A DNA stretch of 64,000 nt, from positions 1,600,001 to 1,664,000 of the forward strand of contig OZ001293.3 in NCBI GenBank assembly GCA_963921275.4, given 5' to 3'. This stretch comes from an uncultured Hormoscilla sp. GTDB taxonomy: Bacteria > Cyanobacteriota > Cyanobacteriia > Cyanobacteriales > Desertifilaceae. Positions 20,542 to 30,715 of the stretch are shown one piece after another; position 1 is the stretch's first letter; each line of letters starts with the position of its first letter. The position numbers and the translations under genes were made by a program. The notes below the pieces were generated by a model. It was not told the origin of the DNA, did no database searches, and saw nothing but the letters and a program-made list of their open reading frames with translations.

Positions 20542-20937
20542 TCAGGTTAAGAATAAACTGGAGCCATCGAACATCTCAATTGTAAAATCAGAGCCTGAAA
20601 CTGATATTTTTGATGTCAGATATGGTAATACTTGGAAGCAAGTAAGAGTACGATCGGGGCTGAATAGCAAAACTTCCAACTCACTCAGGACTGCGGTGAA
20701 ATTATCTGCGATCGCAATTTGGAAAAGGGGCGTCATTAGGGACATGGCTATGCAAATGTGACCCTTTTCCAAATCTATTGCTGCTAACCTTTGATCCACT
20801 CCCACCCAAAGAGTACCGCCATCGCTTGACAATTCAACACAGGGAGTAATTATATCCCTTCCCCCAACAAAGTCCGTAATTCCCCAATGTTTTGCCCAAG
20901 TCGATAATCCCAAATACGTGAGAATGTTCGTTAACAA
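20542..20937 (-). CDS. Hypothetical protein, possibly 5'-truncated
   Basis: 131-aa ORF with globular composition and no recognised motif. Confidence 0.45.
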   Translation of the reverse strand: MLTNILTYLGLSTWAKHWGITDFVGGRDIITPCVELSSDGGTLWVGVDQRLAAIDLEKGHICIAMSLMTPLFQIAIADNFTAVLSELEVLLFSPDRTLTCFQVLPYLTSKISVSGSDFTIEMFDGSSLFLT

Positions 20938-21025
20938 TTATCTTTCAGGTGGCTTCAAGTTGATTGAATTATAATTCACTAATCCTTTTGATATGGCCTT
21001 GGCTGTCCGCAAGGTTCATCATTTA

Positions 21026-22507
21026 CTATTTCTTGAGCTTATCTACTATTTTACCCACTGTCAGGGAGTACAGTTGCGACAACATATCCGATCGCACCAG
21101 TAAGAACCTTCCGAACCTAAACAATAAGGTGGCGGCGATCGCGGCCCCAACAGGCGGTCCCAATAGGGTAGCGTAATACCGGATAGTTTCTACAGACACT
21201 AGCTTTTCCACAGATCCTAGCTTTTCCACAGACAATTTATCTTCTGTCTGAAGTCGCCCTGCTAGGAAGGAACCTACCGCCCATCCTACTCCCAGATCGG
21301 TAAGCAATTCTTGAAAATTTTTATCCCTCTTCACCTTTTCGACTGCTACGCTACTCTCTGTCGCTTTAATTACTTCTTGCAGCAATTTCATCCCCGTCCA
21401 CATGTTACTCCTATCCTTGATGATTTGCTGCAAATATTTCTCCTTGAACTCGGCGATAAATATATCTAAAAATTCCAGTTCTGTCTCCGCTTCTGCTTTT
21501 AAATTCAGGGCTTTATTTTTCTGTGCGCTCTCTGCGCTCTGATAATTTTTCAGATTGATGTCGATCGCCCCTTTGAGCAAATCCAGCGTTCTCAAGAATT
21601 TTATATAGCGATCGAATGACCCTTGCAGATCGTATAATTTTTCATTGAGTAAGTCTATTTCTCTACGTTTAGCGAGACCTTTTTTTATGTCTGACTCAAC
21701 CTTTTCTATCTGACTAAATTTACTTTTCAGCTCGTGCTTCAGAATGCGATTCTGTCCGTAATTCCAGAGAACTTTGTGGCGAAAGAGAAACAGCCTCATC
21801 CACCCATCATAGAAAAATGCGGCTAGATCCGCTGTTTCTCTATCTGGATAGATGATAATGATGACATGCTGGTTATCTTGGATATCTTGGATCCTTGCCT
21901 CTCTGGTCGCATCCTCTTTTATGACGATGCGATATTTGGAGAGTTCAAAAATATCCGCTCCCATCAACTTTCCTTGTTTTTGCAAGTCGTTTTCCCACCT
22001 TTGGGAGCCCATTAATGCTGCATAGCAAGCTTCCGCCATTTCTGCGGGTGTTTTCTCTGAACCCTGGGGCAACCAACCTGATATCATCCAGGTTTGACCG
22101 ATCGTCGGTTGTTGCCCCAGGAGTCTGTTTTGCTCGATCTCCTCCTTCAATTCGGCGAAGCATTTTGCCCGTTGCGGTGCCGATTTATCGTTAACCGAAC
22201 AGTCTACCACCAATCCATAAGCATCGTTTATGCATACGGGATAATAATATCCTTTGTAGCATTTTGTGGTATCCTCAAACTGTGCCTCTGTTTCCTGCTT
22301 CTGTTCGTCCAGTAGTTGTATATATTCAGCTTCAAATCTATTATCATTTGCAAACAGGTCTTCACCAACATTTGCTGGGAGTTTCTGCTTGAATTTCTCT
22401 CTACTCTGGTTAACTTCCGCTGGCGTATCCCCCAGACCCTCTCTGAGATCGTAGAGAAATAGATCCAGCGTGTGATAGACTATATCACTCATTATGTTGT
22501 CCGTCAA
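21026..22507 (-). CDS. Hypothetical protein with a coiled-coil and C-terminal hydrophobic segments
   Basis: 493-aa ORF; TLDLFLYDLREGLG near the N-terminus; two hydrophobic stretches near the C-terminus. Confidence 0.75.
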   Translation of the reverse strand: MTDNIMSDIVYHTLDLFLYDLREGLGDTPAEVNQSREKFKQKLPANVGEDLFANDNRFEAEYIQLLDEQKQETEAQFEDTTKCYKGYYYPVCINDAYGLVVDCSVNDKSAPQRAKCFAELKEEIEQNRLLGQQPTIGQTWMISGWLPQGSEKTPAEMAEACYAALMGSQRWENDLQKQGKLMGADIFELSKYRIVIKEDATREARIQDIQDNQHVIIIIYPDRETADLAAFFYDGWMRLFLFRHKVLWNYGQNRILKHELKSKFSQIEKVESDIKKGLAKRREIDLLNEKLYDLQGSFDRYIKFLRTLDLLKGAIDINLKNYQSAESAQKNKALNLKAEAETELEFLDIFIAEFKEKYLQQIIKDRSNMWTGMKLLQEVIKATESSVAVEKVKRDKNFQELLTDLGVGWAVGSFLAGRLQTEDKLSVEKLGSVEKLVSVETIRYYATLLGPPVGAAIAATLLFRFGRFLLVRSDMLSQLYSLTVGKIVDKLKK

Positions 22508-22552
22508 TATTATTTACTACGAAGGCAATCTCTCAAGGGATAGAGTACAGGG

Positions 22553-22712
22553 TTATAACATTGCTATCCGATCGCTGTCACCCTAAAGGGTGCGGCTACA
22601 AGAACCAAGCCCGCCTGCGCGGGCTATAATACAAGATTATAACATTGCTATCCGATCGCCGTCACCCTAAAGGGTGCGGCTACAAGAACCAAGCCCGCCT
22701 GCGCGGGCTATA
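22553..22712. repeat. Tandem duplication (84-bp period) of a REP-type palindrome
   Basis: Two copies of ..CACCCTAAAGGGTGCGGCTACAAGAACCAAGCCCGCCTGCGCGGGCT... Related copies at about 29350-29400, 36828-36870 and 43035-43090. Confidence 0.85.
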
Positions 22713-22799
22713 GGCTATAGTACAGGGTTATACCATTTTGGAAAAACAATGCTACAATTACTTTAAACATTATTTATTAGTCGGTTTTAACCGACTTCA

Positions 22800-24776
22800 G
22801 CTATTAGCCGGGGCATTGACGCAGTTGGGTGAAGGTACCGAAGCACAATATTATCTGGACAAATATTATGAGTCGGGCATGTTGTCTGAGCTGGGTAAGG
22901 AGTTTATAGATGAGAGTATTCAACGTGACCGTCGCGATCGCAATAAAAAAAATCTAGTGGTATTTTTATTTGTATCTTCAGTATCGATATTGGGAATATT
23001 CTCGATTTTCAAAGAGCAAGAAACTCGGAAAATAAACATAAAACTACAGAAGTAAATTGAAAAAACTGAAAAACCGAGAAAAATTGCAGAGATTCGTGCT
23101 GATGCCGCAAGGGTCAAAAATTTACTGAATATAGAGCCAGTAAATGCACTGATTTTAGCAATTAAAACAACTGGCTCAAATCTAGAGATTATCAAGTTAT
23201 CAGAGAAGGAGGAGATTGAGCACCAAGTTCAGTCTAGCTTGCGTGACGCGATACTTAAAGTTAGAGATACTAATCGTTTTCAAGCTCATAAAGCTGTCGT
23301 TAATTCAATAGCATTTAGTCCAAACGGCAAGTATATTGTTACCGGCAGTCATGATAAAACATTATGCTTGTGGGATATGGAGGGAAACCCTATTGGTAAC
23401 TGCTTTCAAGGTCATAAAAACACAGTAAATGCGGTAGCATTTAGCCCAGATAGCAAGTATTTTCAGTGGTAGTTATGACAAGACATTGCGCTTGTGGGAT
23501 TTACAGGGAAACACAATTCGCGTGTTCAAGGGTCATAAAAGTTTTGTTAATTCAGTGGCATTTAGCCCAGATGGAAAATATATTGTTAGTGGCAGTTATG
23601 ATTATAAATTACGCCTGTGGGATTTACAGGGAAACACAAGTTTCGAGTTTCCTTCTGAAGATACAGGTATAGTATACTCAATAGTATACTCAGTAGCGTT
23701 TAGTCCAGATAGTAAGAGTATATTGCCAGTGGCAGTGGCAATAATTTATGGTTGTGGGATCTACAAAGAAATGTAATTCGCAAGTTTGAGGGTCATGACA
23801 AGATAGTATATTCAGTAGCATTCAGTCCAGATGGCAAGTATATTGTCAGTGGCAGTTTTGACAAGACCTTACGTTTGTGGGATATTGAGGGCAGCAAGGA
23901 TACAAAGTGTTGAGAGGTCATGATAGTTATGTATCCTCAGTAGCATTTAGCCCGGACGGCAGATATATTGTCAGTGGTAGTTACGACAAGACTATACGCT
24001 TATGGGATGTCAAGGGAAACTTCATTAGTGAGCTTTTTATTAATCGTGAAAGTTATGTAAGAGCGGTAGCATTTAGCTCCGACAGTAAGTACGTTATTAG
24101 TAGTGATTACGACAAGACATTACGTTTGTGGGATATCGAAAATACATTACCTTTGTGGAATATAAAAATAGATATTATAGACTCGTCTTCTCTTCCTCGT
24201 GAAAGTGATGTTAATGCCGTATAATTTAGCCCAAATGACAAGTATATTGTCACTGGCAGTTACAACAATACCTTACAGTTATGGGATATTAAAGGAAAGT
24301 ATATAGGTAATACTTTTAGAGGTCATAAAGATTCTGTATCCTCAGTAGCATTTAGCCAGGACAGCAAGTATATTGTTAGTGGCAGTGACGACAATACCTT
24401 ACGCTTGTGGGGTATCAATGGTAACTTCATTAAAGAATTTCAGGGTCATAAAGGCGATGTCAATGCAGTAGCATTTAGTCCAAATGACGAGTATATTGTT
24501 AGTGGCAGTGACGACAATACCTTACGCTTGTGGGGTATCAATGGTAACTTCATTAAAGAATTTCAGGGTCATAAAAGTGATGTCAATGCAGTAGCATTTA
24601 GTCCAAAGGGCAAGTATATTGTTAGTGGCAGTGACGACAATACCTTAGGCTTGTGGGATATCAATGGTAACTTGATTAAGAAATTTCAGGATCATGAAAG
24701 TTCTGTTAGTTCAGTAGCGTTTAGCCCGGACGGTCAGTACATTATCAGTGGCAGTTATGACAAGACTTATTGTTAA
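22800..24776 (+). pseudogene. Fragmented WD40-repeat protein (TM anchor plus beta-propeller)
   Basis: More than ten [24 protein letters not shown] repeats spread over several frames, with stops. Confidence 0.9.
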
Positions 24777-24969
24777 TCATCTCGATGACGCTGCCGATAT
24801 TGCGGAGATCGCCAGTAGAGTATTATAAGGTTCTTCCCTGATTACATCAGCAGCAACCAGCTGTTGACAAGGCGCGGCGCAATTTATGAAGCGACAGGCG
24901 ATCGCCCCCTTGCTGCAAGAAACCGGGTTTCTGAGATATCCTCTGGTGTTTACCAAAGGTTGAAAAAAG

Positions 24970-25309
24970 GGCTCTTCGGTACCTAGTTTGCTAAACTATC
25001 AAATAAATCCTCGTAAAATTCAACCACAATTGTTATCCTTGAAGAGTAAACATATTGCTGTACTTGACTTGTAGCGATTTTTATCCTTTACTGAACTTGA
25101 GGACAAATTGAAAATTGAGGTGAAATCATCATGGCTTCAAAAGGACAACTCAAACTACTAACCGATTTTCTTAACATCCCAGATGTTAAAGTTACTCATT
25201 TCATACAGGATCCATCTCTAGGTTTTCGTAACCTAGACAATTTTGAGCTAAGATGTTTGTTATCTTTTCAAGATTAGCAATAGTTTAGCAAACCAAGTAC
25301 CGAAGAGCC
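24970..25309 (+). mobile_element. Internally deleted ISL3-family element (MITE-like, 340 bp)
   Basis: 30-bp TIRs GGCTCTTCGGTACCTAGTTTGCTAAACTAT / ATAGTTTAGCAAACCAAGTACCGAAGAGCC and 8-bp TSD GAAAAAAG. Transposase N-terminal stub LLTDFLNIPDVKV. Confidence 0.88.
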
Positions 25310-25479
25310 GAAAAAAGAAACCCGGTTTCTGGTCCCTAGTGTAGGCGATCTCGCCTGTTTGAGATGATGATGCGATCGCCAATATAGTAGATGTACGGCA
25401 GAGCGCAGATTATCGGTTCCGACGATCGTGTTATTATCGCCGTGCCCCGGTCCGATGGGGATGGGAATGCCGATGCGAT

Positions 25480-25885
25480 CGCCCGTTTTCGGTGATGGGG
25501 GCGATCGTCCGTTTTCTTCCACGTGGGGCCGGGGCACGGCGATATAAATATTTCGGTTATGGTTGTGATTTTGCCGATGCCGTGTCCCTACATATCTGCG
25601 CGATCGCCCGTTTTCGGTGATGGGGGCGATCGTCCGTTTTCTTCCAGGTGGGGCCGGGGCACGGCGATATAAATATTTCGGTTATGGTTGTGATTTTGCC
25701 GATGCCGTGTCCCTACATATCTGCGCGATCGTCTGTTTTCGGTTATGGATGCGATCGCCCGTTTTCTTCCAGGTGGGGCCGGGGCATGGCGATATAAATA
25801 TTTCGGTTATGGTTGTGATTTTGCCGATGTTGTGCCCCTACAGATCTGCGCGATCGTCTGTTTTCGGTTATGGATGCGATCGCCC
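25480..25885. repeat. Three tandem copies of a 125-bp unit
   Basis: TTTTCTTCCA.GTGGGGCCGGGGCA.GGCGATATAAATATTTCGGTTATGG.. recurs at 25512, 25637 and 25762. Confidence 0.9.
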
Positions 25886-26020
25886 CCTTGCTGCCAGAAA
25901 CCGGGTTTCTGCGATCGCCTGTTTGTCGCAAGAAACCGGGTTTCTACAATAACCTTTGATCTTTGCCCAAGATTGAAAAAAGAAACCCGGTTTCTGTACC
26001 CACCGGATGGGCGATCTCGG

Positions 26021-26442
26021 TCAAGGAAACTTTTGAAATCCCATACTTGCGCAAAACGAGCATCGCCAGTTAGCACCATCTCAATTTCCAATTCTTTTAT
26101 TACCACCATTGAAGTCAAGTCCGTAAATGAAATCTGAGGAATATCCAAGAAACTTAACCCGGAGAGATTGTGTCTGATAAAATTGTTCTGGGGTAATCCA
26201 AATTACATTAAAATTATCTGCCGTCAATCCCTCCATTAGCAATTCCATAGAACGTTTTGCTAGTTCTGGATATAAACGCTTAAAAAACAGCGTAAAAGTT
26301 TCATTTAAGAAATAATCAGTCGTGTAAATCACCCCCTTTTGAGAACGAAATCTATTATAAAATTCTACAACCTGCTGATGCTGTGCTTCTCTTCTATCAT
26401 GTAGATTTAACCATCCCCGTCTACAAAAAGTTTAGGTTTCAT
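26021..26442 (-). pseudogene. PIN-domain (VapC-like) toxin, frameshifted
   Basis: MKPKLFVD..GWLNL..IYTTDYFLNETFTL..ISFTDLTSMVVIKELEIEMVLTGDARFAQ, spread across frames. Confidence 0.8.
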
Positions 26443-26683
26443 AAATTTCTGCATCAATATTTTGAGCTAGAGAACCCCGTGCAACCGCCCCAATAAACTC
26501 CGATAGCGGATCTCGATCGGCAACGCTGCGATCGAGATTCTCATCTACTTGAGACTGGTAAAAACTCTGATTCTGAGAGGATAGCAAATCATTGACGAAT
26601 TGTAAAACTTCTGGCAGTCGTGTCTCGGGCAATTTGTCAATGCCCCTGAGCAATTCCTGTTTTATGCTGTCTATAGCTCTCAT
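26432..26683 (-). CDS. Putative antitoxin (DUF2281-like)
   Basis: IDKLPETRLPEVLQFVNDL..DPLSEFIGAV..LAQNIDAEIY. It overlaps the start of the PIN gene. Confidence 0.7.
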   Translation of the reverse strand: MRAIDSIKQELLRGIDKLPETRLPEVLQFVNDLLSSQNQSFYQSQVDENLDRSVADRDPLSEFIGAVARGSLAQNIDAEIYET

Positions 26684-27064
26684 ATATTCTCCTGCGATCG
26701 GGCTTCTACAGTTTCCTGATTTTCGACTAGGAACATTATAACATAACCCCCTCGAAGATCGGGAGGATGCGTCTGATATTGGTAAGGGGATGCGATCGTC
26801 TGTTGTTTTCGGTTATTGATGCCATCGCCCCCTTGCAGCAAGAAACTGGGTTAGAGGGATATCAAGAAGGTTTTTACCCGAGTTGGGGTTGGGTTTCGTT
26901 CGGAAACCCAACCTACGATATACCCGATCGCTGGTCCCACCGTGCGATCTTCCCCTTCTAGCAAGAAACCGGGTTTCTGAGATATCCTTTAATCTTTATC
27001 CAAGGCAATACTGTTCGGTGCCCCGATCGTATTTTACCCTTTCCCCGCCCAGATAGGTTATGAT

Positions 27065-27969
27065 TATTGACCCTGTTGAGCTTCCAGTTCCCGTAAGCGA
27101 GTTTGCAATTCCTGATTTTGGGCTTCCCATTCCTGGAATTTAGCTTCCCATTCCTGGAATTTAGCTTTCAATTCCTGATTTTTAGCTTTCAATTCCTGAT
27201 TTTTAGCTTTCAATTCCTGATTTTGGGCTTTCCATTCCTGAGATTTAGCTTCCCATTTCTGAGATTTTGCTTTCTATTCGGTGGATTTCAGCAACCGTTC
27301 CCCAGTTTCCATATCTTCCAGCAATAAACGACCATCCTGCATACCGATCCATAACCCTAGAGTCTCGCAGGGGATGCGTCCGTCATCGTCTGGAATAATA
27401 GGTTGATAGCGTCCGGCTACTAACCGATAACCCAGCACCTCATCAATTACTTGACCCCGCAGACTGCGGCGATCTATAATTACATATTCACCAATGGAAG
27501 CCTGTTCGTATTGGAGCACTTTAGTTTGCTTGTCTTCCTTGCGGTAACGAGGCGATACCACTTCCAGAACAAAAACTGGTCGCACTCCTTCCGACGCAAC
27601 TACAAAGGTAGAACGATACTCCTGCTTGTTACGGATGCCAAACGCCACGAACAGGTCCGGACAGTGCTTTTTCAAATCGGGATTATCCCATTCGATGGAC
27701 AGGTCCGTGAATACTCCCACTGTTGGGTCTTCCTCATAGCGATCGCGCAACATATCCCGGACATCGCTAGTAACATCAGAGTGAAAACTATTGCTAGGCA
27801 AATAATAACCCTCCTCTGGGTACAAAAACTCCATAGAGGTAAGAGGAACCTGGATATTTTTAATTGTACCATCCCGTTGCACTTCCTCTACATATCGCCA
27901 GCCTGTTAAAGTCAGATATTCCCCCTGTGCGGTTGCTACAGTAGATGATAGTAACCCAGACTTGACCAT
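27065..27969 (-). pseudogene. Uma2-family (PD-(D/E)xK) endonuclease with a premature TAG before its heptad-repeat coiled-coil tail
   Basis: HCPDLFVAFG..PVFVLEVVSP..IGEYVIID. KSTE-TAG where the paralog has KSTEW; 21-nt repeats continue to about 27065. Confidence 0.85.
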
Positions 27970-28420
27970 GAAAACATCCTCCTTACTATCTCTAATTTTT
28001 TCTGGTTCCCTTGTGGCAAGAAACCGGGTTAGAGCTATATGCTAGCAGTCTTTATCCAAGGTTGAACAAAGAAATCCGGTTTCTGGTTCCACCGGATGAA
28101 TGCGATCGTCTGGGCAAAAAACCGGGTTTCTACGATATCCTTTAGCTTTACCCAAGGCGGAAATAAGAAACAAAGGTGATGGTTCCACCAGATGGGCGTG
28201 AGTCCCTTTGACTGGTTAAGGCAAGAAACCGGGTTTCTGGGATATCCTCTGGTCTTTGCTAGGATCGATCGGGCGAAACCCGGTTTCTGGAGCGACGTGA
28301 GCCCCCATCACCGTAGCCAGATAGCGGGTAGGGCGCGATCGCCATCAATAAGGTGCCACGATGTGATGTCTGTCACAATTGTCGTCCCCCAGCCATTGAT
28401 AAGCCAGCCTTTCGTGGCGA

Positions 28421-29148
28421 GGGAGTCTCGGTCAACACCGGTGCCAGCAGGTGGGGCGACTGCAAGCAATAAGGTGACAGACTGCGAGCAATAAGGTGAC
28501 AGACTGCGAGCAATAAGGTGACAGACTGCGAGCAATAAGGTGACAGACTGCGAGCAATAACCTCGCAGCTCGGGAGTCTCGGTCAACACCGGTGCCAGCA
28601 GGTGGCGACTGCGAGCAATAACCTCCCTGCGATCGCCTCGCTGCGCAGCTCGGGAGCCGGTCAACACCGGTGTCAGCAGGTGGAGCGACTGCGAGCAGTA
28701 AGGTGACAGACTGCGAGCAATAAGTAATAGGACAAAATTAATTACACCGTGGGCTTTGACGTAGGGTGGGCACCGCCCACCACGCAGTTAAGCCAACGTT
28801 CCGAATGTGTAAATATTTTTGTCCACCTACTTAAGGTGACAGACTGGGAACAATAAGGTGACAGACTGCGAGCAATAAGGTGACAGACTGCGAGCAGTAA
28901 GGTTACACTCTGCGAGCAATAAGGTGACAGACTGCGAGCAATAACCTCGCAGCTCGGGAGCCAGTCAACACCAGTGCCAGCAGGTGGCGACTGCGAGCAA
29001 TAACCTCCCTGCGATCGCCTCGCTGCGCAGCTCGGGAGCTTGACAACACCGGTGCCAGCAGGTGGAGCGACTGCGAGCAATAAGGTGACAGACTGCGAGC
29101 AATAAGGTGACAGACTGCGAGCAATAAGGTGACAGACTGCGAGCAATA
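28421..29148 (+). repeat. Composite 22-bp-period satellite (GACTGCGAGCAATAAGGTGACA units plus ~60-bp GGGAGTCTCGGTCAACACCGGTGCCAGCAGGTGG modules), split by a MITE
   Basis: Period 22 measured at 28501/28523. Blocks 28421-28722 and 28832-29148. Same family as 56028-56967. Confidence 0.9.
28721..28833. mobile_element. MITE (TAAGTA..TACTTA family) inserted into the satellite
   Basis: IRs AAGTAATAGGACAAAATTAATTACAC / GTGTAAATATTTTTGTCCACCTACTT. TAA of the host unit is duplicated. Confidence 0.75.
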
Positions 29149-29615
29149 ATACCATTTTATTAAAGATATGATATACTTGATAGGCGCGGATTCCCAGGAA
29201 GCAGGAGCCGAGCGAAGACCGTTCCCAGGTAGAACCTGGGAACGAGGGAATGGTCTGAGGATGGTATTACAGACTGCGATCGCCTCCGGTGAGTGCGATG
29301 GGTGTGATCACAAGTAGTTGATAGCCGGGTGCATCTTAGATGCATGTAAATAGCCCGCCTGCGCGGGCTTTGTTCCTGTAGCTGGACCCTTTAGGGTTCG
29401 GGCTGTGTCTCCCGAGGGACACAGAAGGCGAGGCCGAGTAACAACGGGTTTTGACCACACCCAGTGCGATCGCTTGGCAGCATTAAGAAACTCGGTTTTG
29501 TGGAAAAACCGGGTTTTGGGGCTACGATCGCCAGCAACAGAATGTGAATATCCCCGCAGCAAAAGCGAGATACTCCCCAGCTTGCGAGCCACAGATGAGT
29601 TGTGGTAACCGGTGG

Positions 29616-30308
29616 CTATTCCTGAGTCAGAATAGCAGGATAGATAGTTTCCCGCAGGTTTTGGCCAAACTTGACTCGGACTAGCAACCGTTGAGGACCG
29701 CTGATATTTCCGGGGATCAGCACTGTGAGAGTACCGCGACTATTGTCAATGTACTGCTGGATGCGAGTTTCCGGACCGCCCGCTTCCGGTATCAAAAATA
29801 GCCCCTGATCGGTATCGCTTTTGGTTATCTTCAGGTCTGCCCCCGTCACCCGCAGGACGTTACCAGGGGTATAAGCATCCAGATTTTTCGTGGCCATGTT
29901 GCGCACCACATCGATCTGAGGGAGGCGATCGCCAGAAATTCCAGTACGTTTGATGGACAGATTATTATAAAATTCTCGTTGGGCCGTTGCTGCCAGATAG
30001 ACGACCATGCGGGGGTCAAGATCTTCTTTAGTAATAGCTTTTTCGGGGTCTTCAAGGGAACCGCCACTGGTAAGAGAGATGCGGAAGAAATCAAACAGAG
30101 TTTCCGAACCGCGACCGCAGCGGGCGGTTTCGATCAGGATGCGACGCACGGCACTAAAAGTATTCTGGAGGTCGCCTTTAGTAATGGAGGTTGCAGCTTC
30201 TATTTCTGCGATCAGCTCACTCTCGGTGAGGGGAGCACCCAAGTCCGGTCTGGTGGTATAATGGGTGTTACCGACTGATTTTTTTACAATTCTATAGCGG
30301 AAAACCAT
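29616..30308 (-). CDS. HU-like DNA-binding domain fused to a C-terminal Ig-like (DUF4469-type) domain
   Basis: N-terminal ELIAEIEAATSITKGDL..FFRISLT has an HU-like pattern. C-terminal TPGNVLRVTGADLKI..QGLFLI..NSRGTLTVLIP. Confidence 0.7.
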   Translation of the reverse strand: MVFRYRIVKKSVGNTHYTTRPDLGAPLTESELIAEIEAATSITKGDLQNTFSAVRRILIETARCGRGSETLFDFFRISLTSGGSLEDPEKAITKEDLDPRMVVYLAATAQREFYNNLSIKRTGISGDRLPQIDVVRNMATKNLDAYTPGNVLRVTGADLKITKSDTDQGLFLIPEAGGPETRIQQYIDNSRGTLTVLIPGNISGPQRLLVRVKFGQNLRETIYPAILTQE

Positions 30309-30715
30309 AACGTTTACTTCATTTACATCTAGGCTCGCGCACCCAAGGGGGTATCTATTAACTATGCTACCAATTTTGCTCTAGCTTTTGCAGATGGCGA
30401 GCCATTTCTGCTGTCAAGAGTGGCTTTTCTCGTTCCTTGACTCTAGCAATAAAGGTAACTAAAGCTCTGGGGACGGAAGTTTTCGGTCTCCATGTAAGTA
30501 GGTGATAGGAACCCAGACTCATTTTACATCCTCAGTCTCCTTGTAGCGAGAAACCGGGTTTCTGGGATATCAAGAAGGTTTTTACCCAAGGTTGAAAACA
30601 GAAACCCGGTTTCTGTACCCTGGGTTCGCGCGATCTCATCAATTTGGTCTGCCACGGGCGATCGCTTCCTTGTCAATACTGTTGGGTGGCCCGATCGTAT
30701 TCGAGCCCTTAACCC

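Larger units (their letters stand above)
24915..30620. repeat. Dense cluster of AGAAACCGGGTTTCT / GAAACCCGGTTTCT REP-like palindromes
   Basis: Copies at about 24918, 25317, 25897, 25931, 25981, 26964, 28019, 28120, 28224, 28276, 30548 and 30600. Confidence 0.8.

Noticed and set aside
25274..26148. Several 60-130 aa ORFs
   Set aside because: They derive from 125-bp tandem repeats and REP palindromes.
28192..29155. Repeat-rich ORFs (LLAVCHLIARSLSPYCSQSVTL)
   Set aside because: These are translations of a 22-bp non-triplet satellite cycling through frames.
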